Source of the DNA: Catajapyx aquilonaris
Lineage: Eukaryota
Assembly: GCA_000934665.2 (NCBI GenBank)
Contig: JYFJ02002037.1
Coordinates: forward strand, 1 to 64,000
DNA length: 64,000 nucleotides
Direction of reading: 5' to 3'
Shown: piece by piece, positions 1 to 11,643 of the stretch
Layout: the number at the start of each line of letters is the position of its first letter
How positions within the stretch are numbered: position 1 is the stretch's first letter
Notes under the pieces: generated by a model
Told to the model about the DNA's origin: nothing
Database searches by the model: none
What the model saw: the letters and a program-made list of their open reading frames with translations, nothing else
Made by a program: the position numbers and the translations under genes

Positions 1-43
1 GGTACTCCGGGGTACATTTTACAGTCGAGTGAGTCCCCCCTCG

Positions 44-160
44 GTCCTGACACTACGTGATTTCTAACTCTTCCCTAAAATGAAATTTGGGTAGAAAAGG
101 AGGCATTTTGACTCCACTAAGGAGATCTAAGCAAAATCGCAGCAGGTGTTGAACACGCTA
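44..160 (+). mobile_element. Decayed mariner transposase C-terminal fragment
   Basis: Translates as DF*LFPKMKFG*KRRHFDSTKEI*AKSQQVLNTL, matching the mariner pattern DFFLFPKMK..KG.RF.S.EEI, with three stops. Confidence 0.7.
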
Positions 161-185
161 CACCGCTACACTACTGTTGCCCAAT

Positions 186-452
186 ATATGGAGTCCGCCT
201 GCTAATCGGGAGGTCCTGGGTTCGAATCCCGGGGCCGGCGACCCTGACCATGGTTCTCTGTGGTTTTCCACGGTCCTCCCAGGATAATTCCGGGGTTGTT
301 TCCGTAAAAACAGGCCACAGCCGCTTCCTTCCGTCCCTATCCTATCCCAAAAAGCAAATAAAATGAAAGCAAAGAGTTCCAGTCAAAACAAAAATTTCCC
401 CCCTAAAGAGCCGCCGGCTGATAACGGGGTATGAATTATTATTAATTATTAT
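186..452 (+). mobile_element. tRNA-derived SINE family A, 5'-truncated copy
   Basis: B-box GGTTCGAATCCC; body matches the copies at 7834..8202 and 60592..60866; ATT-rich tail; 14-bp TSD tactgttgcccaat (172..185 and 453..466). Confidence 0.85.
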
Positions 453-2164
453 TACTGTTGCCCAATTTTTTTGGTGCTTCCAAAAATGGGAAATTCGCTG
501 GAATTGGTGTATACGTGCCCAAAGTGACTACTTTGAATGTGGCAAATGTTAATGTTTTCATGAACACAGTCCGGGAACTTTTCGATCACACTTCGTACAC
601 TTTTAAATTTTGTTCTTTTCATGACAACTATACACATGGCAATCAATGATATGATGATATACATGAGAGCTTCATTAGTACTAAAAAATAACCAAGTATT
701 CTGTACGGTCGGGCACGGGCAGGGTCCTGGCCCTTGGGACAGGGGGTGGAGGGGGGTGGGGGGGGGGGTGACACCACGAGCTGCCGCACCGGGTGACAAC
801 AACACTAGCGACACCACTGGGTATCGTTCGTCGTTTGTTTCACCCGCTCCTCTTGTGATTTTCGTGTCATCTTCATGCCTGCAAATGTACATCGGGAGGG
901 TTGCAAATATCAGTAGAGGTTATCTCTGAAACCTTTCCAGTTTTCGAGGACAATGGAGGAGAACATTCACGGGCTTTTTCCAGGGGGCCCCATAATTTTG
1001 CCTAACCTCTGTATGTGTCCCCCGAAACAGGGCTAGAACCCTGAGCACAAGAAGTATGTAAATAAATATTAAATAAATATAAATATATAATTGTATTGTT
1101 TGTTGACATGATACCAATAATTGTCAGCTAACAGAACAAAACGACATTACCTATGTGTCCAGACCTTAGAGTCACCTAGTATTATTATGGAGTTTTGTGT
1201 CAATTGCAGATCATCTACTCCAGTACAACACTGAAAACCAAATCGTTCTACACCGACATTCTCGCAAGGAAGGTAGAGGAATAAGAGGATGATTAATAAT
1301 GCAAAGTAATGCAGAGTAGTACACTGTACATAACTATACTGCAAAAAATTTAGTTGCATTATTATCGGGTGTATAATGCAGAAATATTATTGTAAAAAGG
1401 GGGTAAAAGTCAAATTTCCTTTTTCTTCTTGTTGCAACACTAATTAAGTTGCGTAAATAAAAATCGCACGGATCTCTTCGGGATGTTGATGATGTGTTCC
1501 CAGTATTTCACCTTCTAATACAGGCGGTTCTGGGGTAGATGATTTTTCATGCGTCCTGGTATGGTGGGTTACTATGATGAGATATCCCCTTTTTCACATT
1601 TACTACTCATGTGAAGATACATTTTGCAGGATGAGTGACATTAAGATGGATGTAATTATACGGATATAATGGGTTACATAATGATAGTTTGGGTGAATTA
1701 TGGCGGGGATTGAGAGGGAGTGAATCAAAGAATAGCTCATTATTATTCACAGTATGGAACATAAATACATTAAGACCGAGAAGGAAGTATGCTACATAAT
1801 ACATTGTAAACCATTCTCTCTTTTAAAAAAATACGATTACACGGTCTGCCACTGCAATAGGTACGATTCCAGCAAATACCATTTCTTGATCTTTATTCAC
1901 TAAAAAAAACTTGGTGTTCTTCCGCGGTGTGGTTGATCAGTAAAATCGATGCTACGACGGGAAACATGGTATGGCGTCCCATCCTCCGGAGGTGTATCCT
2001 GATACCTCCATCATAGGACCGGCATGCGGCACCCGTCGACCGATATTACCCGTGAAATACAGAGCGCTGAGAAATAGCGGCAGGCGGGTTGAGTTGAGTT
2101 CCAAGTCGTCCATGATTGCGTCCGCGATGCAGGACCTATAATATACGGATACAGATGACCTTAA

Positions 2165-2400
2165 TGGCCTGCGGGAGGCGGGAGGGTAGAAGTCGGTGGG
2201 GGCAGTGGGCTGTGTCGAAAAGATAGGTCTGTATCCGCAAGGAAGGAAGGTTAGGCTTGGTTACGTTAGATTGGTACAGCATACCCTTACCAAAATCCCC
2301 CCAAAAATCAATCTTTGCATAATTGGCTTTGCGAGACAGCCGATGTGCCCCAGCCACCACTCACCCTGCCGCCTCCCGCCCGCCAGTACGGATTATTCTT
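2165..2400. mobile_element. Degenerate copy of the TTAGG-containing MITE also at 30473..30764
   Basis: Shares agataggtctgtatccgcaa..gaaggaaggttaggcttggtta..ttggtacagcataccc and the cgccagta end. Confidence 0.7.
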
Positions 2401-2444
2401 TCCTAATATACAATATAGGAAGTTACGAATGACGTGAGGAATTT

Positions 2445-2780
2445 CAGGATGGGATAGATATGATGGGGAGGATGAGGGAGGTATGCCTGCAGCGTAAGAT
2501 GACGATGGGTTTGGAAAGATGGGAGATAACAGGAAGGGTTGGAAAGGGTGGGCAGGGAGGATAGGTTTGGAGGGATGTGANGCAGGAAGAGGATGGGTAT
2601 GCATGCAGGCTAAGAGGAGGATAGGTTTGGAAGGATGTGAAGAAAAAAGGAAGGGTGGAAAGGGTGGGCAGGAAGAGGATGGGTATGCCTTGAGGCTAAG
2701 ATGAGGATAGATTTGGAAGGATGTGAAGAAAAAAGGAAGGGTTGGAAAGGGTGGGCAGGAAGAGGATGGGTATGCCATTG
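2445..2780. repeat. Purine-rich degenerate tandem repeat
   Basis: Recurring ggtgggcaggaagaggatgggtatgc and ataggtttggaaggatgtga units. Confidence 0.75.
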
Positions 2781-3473
2781 TAGTCATCCAAAAATTAGGA
2801 TTTCCTTAAGGAAAATCTGATTTATAATATGCCCTTCATGGTTAAACTGGTCATGTGTAGTATAAATAACTGAAACCCTCTAAAATTGGAATGAATTTCA
2901 CTTCTATAGAAGTCGATATGGCTTTCCAATTGGGTGGGATACATTACACCTCGATCCAAAATAAGTCGCAGAATATTTGGGAGGGGAAGGACCAACCAGT
3001 AATCACAAAGATGATGATCAACATTATTTTTGTATTCTTGAGACGATAATGTGGACATCCCATGTATTTCTTTATAGACAGAGTAGTAAGCATCAGAAGT
3101 AATTGGTTAGGTGCCAGGATGTGATCTTGACATTGACACTTTTCCCAATGGACCTTGTCCTAATTCTGACGATTTATGCCGTGCAGACTGCATGGCATGC
3201 ATCTCTGGACAGACTATCAATGAAAGGTACGGTATTCAAATTCAGGTAAAGACAAATTCATTCAACACCTTTTTTCACTCCAGAGCACTGGGCAGCACTG
3301 GGCACAGACTAAAAATGCTGCTGGGGCATATCCTTATTTGTCACAGATGCACCAAAATGTTCATTGCAATCTATTTCATAACTAGTAGTCATCCCTTGAC
3401 AATAATATTGTCACCCCTAATTTTTATTTGCTTTGATCAATGAGTACTCTGATGGCCGGTTGACAATCTAGTC

Positions 3474-3736
3474 CAGTGGTTCCCTACTTTTTTTTCGGGT
3501 CCCCACCCCCTTTTATGATAGTCAAGTAACCTGCTACCCCCCCCCCCCTCCCCGAGTGTTAGTAGATAATGGGGGAAAAACCCCTTCGTGGTGAAATTTC
3601 TTCTGAAGTTTATTTTACTGATTTTTAATTTTTGTTCTTTTTTAATTCATAAAAATAACCGCGGCCTCTCACGGCCCCTCTGGACCTGCTCCATGGCCCC
3701 CTTGGGGGGTCGCGACCCCCAGTTTGGGAACCACTG
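3474..3736. mobile_element. hAT (Charlie/Buster-like) MITE
   Basis: Termini CAGTGGTTCCC / GGGAACCACTG; flanking 8-mer atctagtc on both sides, with one extra base on the right. Confidence 0.75.
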
Positions 3737-3752
3737 TATCTAGTCATAGAAA

Positions 3753-3899
3753 GTATCAACAGTGCAAAAAGAACTGTCCCAGTCATCCTGACGTGTGGGC
3801 TGGCCGCTTGACACACACCATGTAAGTTACATGGTGTGTGTCGAGCGGGCAGCACACACATCAGGATGACTGGGACAATTCTTTTTGAACTGATGATAC
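3753..3899. repeat. Palindromic (fold-back) MITE-like element
   Basis: About 70-bp imperfect arms centred on catgtaagttacatg. Confidence 0.75.
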
Positions 3900-4638
3900 A
3901 AAGGCTTTAATATTCATGATCCTAGTAAGACTGTACTGTAGGTACAGCAGTGTGAGTCAGTGCAAACATGAAAAAGTGTATTTTCACAAGACAAATAAGG
4001 AGCCTACTTGCAACTGCAAGAATGCATCACTTAGGGTCAGTTGCAATAAGGTAAACGAGTAGTTGACCTTGACCGCATACATGATATATTATAACCACTT
4101 GCTCAGCGTGTACCATTATTTTTGAAACTCAGCCTTAATGCAGTTCAATTGTTTCTAAAGGGCCGGTTGTATCAACTCGAGTTAAATGGGGTGAAAACCA
4201 CCGGTTTTGGGATCGGAGGGTTTCAGAAAACTACGACATGCATTATATGAACACATATCAGGTGAACTGAACCTGTGCTGTGGTTTGAAAACTCGCGTGA
4301 TTACCTCAGGGCCCTAAGTTCACCCGTCGCTCCCGCTACCGTAGTCCATTGACTGGAAATGTCACGTGACGTATATGTCACCCAACCAAATGTCACGTCA
4401 TCCAACCAACACGGCAGCCCCACAGACAGCCGCCATCTTGTGTTCGAACGTCGAGAGGTCATTGACCCCCTCGTAAGTGGCAAAAAAAAGTTATTTTGCC
4501 ACTGAATTTGCCGGCCTTTTATCCGGGCAATTTCGCCTCGATGTAGTTCTGAGTGTACGCCCGGTCCTTTGTACACACCCCTGGCTAGCCCGCTTTCGAA
4601 CGCGTTCCATTGAGAAAACCACAATTTTTCCTCATTAA

Positions 4639-6403
4639 CCCTTTGATGACGGAGTTTTTGAGGGATTGCATTACCCCAGGGCCTGAGTTTTTTTTCCCCT
4701 TTTCCGGAAATTTTATGACCTCGTCGATTTTCTTGAAATTCGGTGTATTGGTAGCCCACACCAAGGGATGAAAAACGCACCTATAGTAACCTGCTAAAAA
4801 TGACCTCGTGACCCAATTTTGAGGGGGGCAGAGGTCAAATCATAAAATTTCGACCTCACCGATTTTCTTGAAATCCGGTGCATTGGTAGCCCACACCAAG
4901 GGATGAAAAACGCACCTATAGTTACCTGATCAAAATGACCTCGTGACCCAATTTTGAGGGGGGCAGAGGTCAAATTTCGACCTCACCGGATTTTTTTCAA
5001 ATTCGGTGCATTGGTAGCCCACACCAAGGGATGAAAAACGCACCTATAGTTACCTGATAAAAATGACCTCGTGACCCAATTTTGAGGGGGGCAGAGGTCA
5101 AATCAGAAAATTTCGACCTCACCGATTTTCTTGAAATTCGGTGCATTGGTAGCCCACACCAAGGGATGAAAAACGCACATATAGTTACCTGATCAAAATG
5201 ACCTCGTGACCCAATTTTGAGGGGGGCAGAGGTCAAATCATAAAATTTCGACCTCACCGAAAGGTAGGGCTGTGCGATATCCGAAATTGCATATCGACTT
5301 TCGATACTAAAAAAATATCGCATCGAAGTCTATATATCGAAAATCGAAAAACCGACATCGCAATATATCGCAAACCGACATCGAACCGACATCGCAAAAG
5401 ATCGCACATCGCAAAATATCGCAAACCGACATCGCGATATTTTGCGATGTCGGTTTGCGATATTTTCGATGTCGGTTCGATGTCGGTTAGCGATATTTTT
5501 CGATATTTTCGATGTCGGTTTTTCGATTTTCGATATATCGACTTCGATTCGATATTTTTTAAGTATCGAAAGTCGATATGAAATTTCGGATATCGCACAG
5601 CCCTACTCACCGATTTTCTTGAAATTCGGTGCATTGACATATGTCCCCCTCCAATATGGGTCACAGGGTCATGTCGAGCAGGGAACTGTAGGTGCGTTTT
5701 TAATCCCTTGGTGTGGGCTACCAAATGCACTGAATTTGAAAAAAATCCGGTGAGGTCAAAATTTGACCTCTGCCCCCCTCAAAATTGGGTCACGAGGTCA
5801 TTTTGATCAGGTAACTATATGTGCGTTTTCATCCCGTGGTGTGGGCTACCAATGCACCGAATTTCAAGAAAATCGGTGAGGTCGAAATTTTATGATTTGA
5901 CCTCTGCCCCCTCAAAATTGGGTCATGAGGTCATTTTGATCAGGTAACTATATGTGCGTTTTTCATCCCTTGGTGTGGGCTACCAATGCACCGAATTTGA
6001 AGAAAATCCGGTGAGGTCGAAATTTGACCTCTGCCCCCCTCAAAATTGGGTCACGAGGTCATTTTTATCAGGTAACTATAGGTGCGTTTTTCATCCCTTG
6101 GTGTGGGCTACCAATGCACCGAATTTGAAGAAAATCGGTGAGGTCGAAATTTTCTGATTTGACCTCTGCCCCCTCAAAATTGGGTTACGAGGTCATTTTT
6201 ATCAGGTAACTATAGGTGCGTTTTTCATCCCTTGGGGTGGGCTACCAATGCACCGAATTTCAAAAAAATCGGTGAGGTTGAAATTTTTTGCGTTGAAAAC
6301 TGACCCAAGTTGGCAGGGCAAATCTTCGGACATCATATGATTTCCGTAGGCCCTCCAGCAATGCAAGCTCGGAAATCATATGATGGCCGTAGGCAGCAAA
6401 GGG
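4639..6403. mobile_element. Non-autonomous piggyBac-like element made of inverted arrays of ~127-136 bp repeats
   Basis: TTAA at 4635..4638 and 6404..6407; TIR CCCTTTG(A/C)TG; repeat units start at about 4801, 4937, 5064 and 5200 and recur inverted at about 5690..6280. Confidence 0.85.
5265..5605. mobile_element. Palindromic hAT-like MITE
   Basis: TIR TAGGGCTGTGCGATATCCGAAATT; nearly the whole element folds back; 8-mer ctcaccga at 5253..5260 and 5606..5613, with a 4-nt filler on the left. Confidence 0.85.
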
Positions 6404-6716
6404 TTAACCCCAGAAAATCGGGAGGTTTGTGTTCACTCGAGATTTAACTCCTGGTTTTCCGAAACTCACGTTGATACTACGTTGTATCAACGCGCGTTTC
6501 GGAAAACCTGTTATTCACGGATTTTCTGCCTAGCAACCACAGGTTTAGAGAAAAGCCGCTTTGATACAACCGGCCCTAAGACATGACACTCCGTATATTT
6601 TTGATGAGAATATATCATGGAACTCTGCACTTCAAAATCTGAAACAATCTTATTGACTCATATGTTCGAATTTGGAACAATAATCAGTTACTGTAAATAT
6701 TGAAATTATTACTTAC

Positions 6717-7150
6717 CTATGTCAGCCCACCTTTACATGAAATGATTGCACTCACGGTTGGTCGAACACTATCAGGTAGAAGAAACCCTGTGCCACAGAA
6801 CAGTTCCAACATCAGGTCTTCCCGCTCGTGCAAATAAACGTTCTATTATATCTCCGTCTCGTCTTGTAACCTACGGAACCAATGATTCGATTAGCTATTC
6901 AAATACATAAGCCGAATGTCCAATTTCCTTACCACTAGGTTCTGGATCATCCCAGCAAAATAATCCAAGCAAAAAAGAAAGGCCCGCGAAGAGACAGACG
7001 TTCCAAACCAGAGGTCACTGCCGTTCGAATGAGATCCTAACAATGACTTCTTAAGAACAGCCACCTCCGTACTCCACATAAGCTTGCCAAAGCTTGGGGA
7101 GCCATCTGCCGAGTGAAATGTCAACCTTACTATTCGATAGGAAACTGTAG
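6717..7150 (-). other. Spliced-looking 5' exons (non-coding RNA or 5' UTR) of a minus-strand transcription unit
   Basis: 62-nt intron 6871..6932 with GTAAGG donor, CTAAT branch point and ttccgtag acceptor; next donor GTAAGT at 6716; CpG-rich stretch with CCAAT/GC-box near 7160..7200. No long ORF. Confidence 0.35.
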
Positions 7151-7398
7151 AGACTACGCGCACCTTGTGACGCGCACATCACCAATGCTCCCGCCTGATT
7201 TGACTTTTTAGTAGCGTAGCTGATACTAGCTACAGGCGGCTGCAGTCTTTGATGGATCCAACAGGACATTTTTTTCAATAAGTTGGCTTTGTGCTCTGTG
7301 TTAACATATTGGTTATAATCATCTCCTTTAGTGTTATCATAATTCTAATAAAAATGCCACAAGTATAATGAAAGGGTGTAATGGTGTATCCTTATTAT

Positions 7399-7509
7399 CA
7401 GGGATGGAAAAAGAACCGCTTCTTTGGGCGGTAAGCGGTTCTTTTTCTATCCCTGCACATGGAAAAAAGAAGCGCTTCTTGGAAGGAAGCGGTACTTTTT
7501 CCATCCCTG
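7399..7509. mobile_element. 111-bp hAT-like MITE
   Basis: TIR CAGGGATGGAAAAAG; perfect 8-bp TSD cttattat (7391..7398, 7510..7517). Confidence 0.85.
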
Positions 7510-7827
7510 CTTATTATGCCTCACATGTATATACTTTTTAGAGGCTTTTAGAGGTCATCATTTACACCGCAATGTTAGGAAGTAACCAGATGACTTGTTC
7601 CGGAACACTACGGTAGATTTGGTTGCTGGCAGTAGTTGCTGGCAGGTTGCTGGACAGTAGGCACAGTAATTATTCCTAATCCAAAGTGTCAATATTTGCC
7701 AATATTTGATTTCATAGGATATGCCAATATAACAAGGATAAATTCTGATGATCTGAATAATTATCAATAAAAGAACTTGAAAAAAAAACTTACACTTGTT
7801 TACATTTTAGCCATTTACATACAAGTG

Positions 7828-7833
<6 letters not shown>

Positions 7834-7909
<76 letters not shown>

Positions 7910-8202
7910 GATACACCATTATCAGCCCTTTAGGCTTTATTAGGGGGGGATTTCTCCCCCCCAAAAAATTGTCTGGAACTCTTTCCATTTTTACTATACT
8001 TTTCCATCGGAATTGAGGCAAGGATAGGTAGGGAAGGAAGCGGCTGTGGCCTATAATTACGGAAACGACCCTGGAATTATCCTGCGATGACCATGGGAAA
8101 CCACAAAAAACCATGATCAGGGTCACCGGCCTCCGGGATTCAAACCCAGGACCTCCCGATTAGCAGTCGGACACCATACCACTACACCACTACTGCTTCG
8201 GT
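7834..8202 (-). mobile_element. tRNA-derived SINE family A, full length with long (TTA)n tail
   Basis: Reverse complement of the copy at 60592; the (AAT)n run at about 7834..7908 is its tail; 14-bp TSD tacaagtgatatat (7820..7833, 8203..8216). Confidence 0.88.
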
Positions 8203-8776
8203 TACAAGTGATATATTTGATCAGAGATGTTGCAGCGATGACATCGCTGAGCAATGGGACCAATTGTTTGGGGCGAAAATATATTGTTACCACGATTGTT
8301 ACTACTTTCACTCAGCATATTGCTGCAACAATGCTGATCAAATTGCTCACATGTAAGTGTGGCTTTACATGTTTTGTACAAGGGGGCTATTATGGATGCG
8401 GTGAGGAAATTTTCAGAAATCAAAGCTGTTTGGAACCATTTAAAAAAAGTTTTCGTCAAACATTACTATAGTCACATGATGGAAAAGACACCTGCTGCTG
8501 GACAGAAACATCATATTGCTACAAGTATTTTTCGAACTGTGGTACCATATTTTCTGTCACCCTTTCCGCCAAACCTATTCCTTCATCTAGTAGTTTATTT
8601 AGTTGCCCCTCTTTTTGGCCTGCCAAAAACTTTCTGGATGTTCAGACGTGTGTAGCGGAACCATGTGAACTGTTGAGACTTTCAGTAGTGCCTGTGTAAG
8701 GACTTCCATGTGCATTCAGGCATAGTCGTGCATCAATTTTCGACTGTTCAAGTGGAACATGTTGGAGAATTCTTAA

Positions 8777-9570
8777 CCCTTAACTAGTAAGATGAACTCG
8801 AGCAACGCAACTAGTAAGGTGGGGTCATTGGTGACCCCACGTGGTAATTGAATTATATTTGATCTCGAATTCATAAAATTAAAATTTTAAAGCCATGTAA
8901 ATTAAGTTTACATTATGTACGATGCGTAGGTAATAAAAGAAACTTATAGGTCACGTTACTAAGTGTGATAGCTATGCAAATAGACGTCAACTGCGTATAA
9001 TTATAGATACGTCAGTAGCAGCCGCCAACGCTAACAATTCATAAATATGCTTTCTCTATATAAAGTCCCAAATGATGATGATGATATGTCCTCTACATTA
9101 AATGCCATACAAGTAATACTTTCAAAATAACGGCTATGTGACATTGTATAAGTATAGAGAGCACAGGCCAAACCCATATCTGAAACTATTTACAAATTTT
9201 TTTATGTATTAGGTGTAAAAAGATGAATATATTTCTTCTACATAATACTGTAGTTGTATTACGTGCAATGACCATTTGAAGCAAAAAAATAAAAGCTTCT
9301 CACTGGCAGGCATGAATCCAAGAGCAATGAGGAATCCAAAAGTAACTAGTAAGGTGGGGTCATTTTTTACCCCAGCCGCACATCACCTTCGTTATACCGT
9401 TTTTGGACTGCTATTAAATGTTTTTGACAAATTTAAAGGTTATTAACACATAAACAAAGATGCGATCGAAGAATACACTGAAGCTTTTGGCTCTTGATTA
9501 ACCAGTTATTTGACAGTGCTAATTTCTGCAAGCTTGGGGTCACAAATGACCCCACCTTACTAATTAAGGG
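8777..9570. mobile_element. Non-autonomous piggyBac-like element
   Basis: TTAA flanks; termini CCCTTAA(C/T)TAGTAAG; subterminal inverted motif TAGTAAGGTGGGGTCATT. Confidence 0.8.
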
Positions 9571-10392
9571 TTAATGTGGTTCAAACCTGGAAACTTGTGA
9601 ACATCACTTGTTTTGCTATCTCAAAAAAAAAAAAAAAAAAATGTCAAAGAGATGAGATGAGAAGGAATACATTTGGAAGCTAGCTTGCACAGCATAGTCT
9701 TGAAAAATCTGGTACCATGATTTTTTAAATGCTAATAATATCCCAGTTAGGCAAAATTGTGAAACGCATTTATTGTAGTATTAATTCTGATATATTCCTT
9801 ACTAAATATGTCATCCACTTCAGTGCTAGACAGGTTTAACTGTACCTGGCAAAAAATGCAAGGGGAATTCCATCTTATGGCTGCAACCTGAAAATTTATT
9901 CTCCAGTTTCCATTATATCCTGTGTCTGCTATGAGCAGGTTTCATTGCTCATGTCATTCAGTGATTGTTCCTTTGCTACACATGCTGGTTGGTAAACACT
10001 CCAGCTGATATCAGTGTAAAGTATTTCATTATTTCCATTAAAGTAAGATAATTATGTACATTGCATGACTGAAAATCCTTACATTTTACACCGTATACTC
10101 TGTGTAGAACCAGTAACAAAAGTATGCAACATTACACCTAGATTTTTCCAGCCATTTGACAAACTGCACATAATTGAGGTACCAAATGCTAATCTACTAA
10201 GGTGGTTCAATATACAGTATAAGTTTTCTGGGTCTGCCATATTGTAGCAATTTTATTTCTGCACAAGAAATTTGTTTCCAGTTAGCCACACTGTTTGTTA
10301 TCAACATAATCACTTTCCAATTAAGTCATTCGTCTCTATGCTTCACCAACTTTTTGAATCCCCCCTACAAAGAAAGTAGAGCTCCAGTCACA

Positions 10393-10693
10393 CTGATAAA
10401 GTACGACCACTTTCAGAAAGGGACGTGACTGACGTATGATGACGTTTCATAGAGCACCAATCAGAGGTACGGTCAGAGGGGAAACTTGAAGCTCACTGGG
10501 TGGGAGAGAGAGGATCGTGCCTCTGATTGGTGCGTTATGAAACCCCATTATACATCATGTCCCTTTCTGAAAGTGTTTGTACTATCAGTCCAACAAGAAT
10601 TGTCGCAGCGGCAGCGCACGAACTACAATCTACGAGCACAGGGACACGAGAGACAGTAGTTCGTGCGCTGCCGCTGCGACAATTCTTGTTGGA
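10393..10693. repeat. Two abutting palindromic MITE-like elements (about 10393..10588 and 10589..10693)
   Basis: Arms ctgata..actttcagaaagggac / gtccctttctgaaagtg..tatcag, and tccaacaagaattgtcgcagcggcagcgcacgaactac with its reverse complement. Confidence 0.75.
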
Positions 10694-10786
10694 CAGCAGG
10701 TACTTATATGTGATATCAAGGTGATATGTGATGGTTGGTAGGAAAACGGCAACCTTCCAATACCTCCTTCAAACTTGGAAAGAGTA

Positions 10787-11096
10787 CAGTAGAACCCCGA
10801 TTATCCATCACCCATGGGCATTGTCGGATAACAGAAAAGGTCGAATAATCCGAGGAGCAAAGGGAAACCACAACAAAAAGCATTAAAAATCATGAAATAA
10901 TGTACAATATTACACTTTTCTAAGAAATAGTGAAGTATTTATCTTTTACATACACACTCTGCTGTTTAAAATTTAACTAAGACAATACAAAACAAATGAT
11001 TAGTATGCCTGCATTAAGTATTTGATGAGAAACATACATTTATTGCTGCAGCGGGATGGTCGGATAATCCCAGGTCAGATAAATGGGGTTCTACTG
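10787..11096. mobile_element. Tigger/pogo-like MITE
   Basis: TA flanks; TIR CAGTAGAACCCC..TTATC. Confidence 0.8.
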
Positions 11097-11643
11097 TATA
11101 TGGATATCTCTCAGGGCCAAATCAGAATGATCAGGGCATTCCCAACCAAAATCTGAAATGGCTTCTGTCAGTGAGGCTGATTTAGGGCAGGGGCTAGCAT
11201 TGTAGTCAAACGGAATGACATCAAAGGTGAGAAGACCTGACCCAGCCCCCTGTCACTCAGACTATGATACGGTCGTTTAATATAAAAGGTTCGGCAATAA
11301 GGAAAAGCAATGATTATTGTTTCCACCGCGCCCAGAAAATCAAGCAGAAGAGCAGAAGAGCACAAGCCCATTGTTTGTGGCAAGCTTTTGTTGATTAATC
11401 AGGTGTGCACACAGTCATACCAGAACAGTGATGCGCAATATGTAACACTGAGATGTGTGGCTACTCCTACACTACACCACGTAACTGCTGTTAATATTTT
11501 CTCGATATGCCAGATGTGGGAAACTTATATATTGAACCACCCTCATACAATAACAGCAGAATAAGTAATAATAAGAAAATTTTACACCATGTAATGATCA
11601 TGTCATATTCTATGTTAAACACAAAGAGTTCTGCTATAATATA

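Larger units (their letters stand above)
4160..6576. mobile_element. PIF/Harbinger-like MITE split by a nested piggyBac-like element
   Basis: TIR GGGCCGGTTGTATCAA / TTGATACAACCGGCCC with TAA-like flanks. Confidence 0.7.

Noticed and set aside
1900..2010. EDGTPYHVSRR on minus, like the Tc1 DGAPxH motif; also considered an endogenous viral fragment at 450..2100
   Set aside because: Single weak motif with no supporting neighbours; cannot be supported without a search.
4301..6157. ORFs of 100-160 aa
   Set aside because: They arise from tandem and palindromic repeat sequence; no domain similarity.
4720..6280. Regularly spaced repeats resembling a CRISPR array
   Set aside because: Units are ~130 bp, contiguous, lack unique spacers, are inverted between arms and lie within piggyBac-type ends in eukaryotic DNA; no cas genes.
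6717..7100. Selenoprotein reading of the stop-rich exons
   Set aside because: The frame also contains TAA, and I saw no SECIS or selenoprotein motif.
7777..8126. Poly-N/poly-L ORFs (also poly-Y/I near 16970 and poly-RE/SL near 50600)
   Set aside because: Translations of microsatellites and SINE tails.
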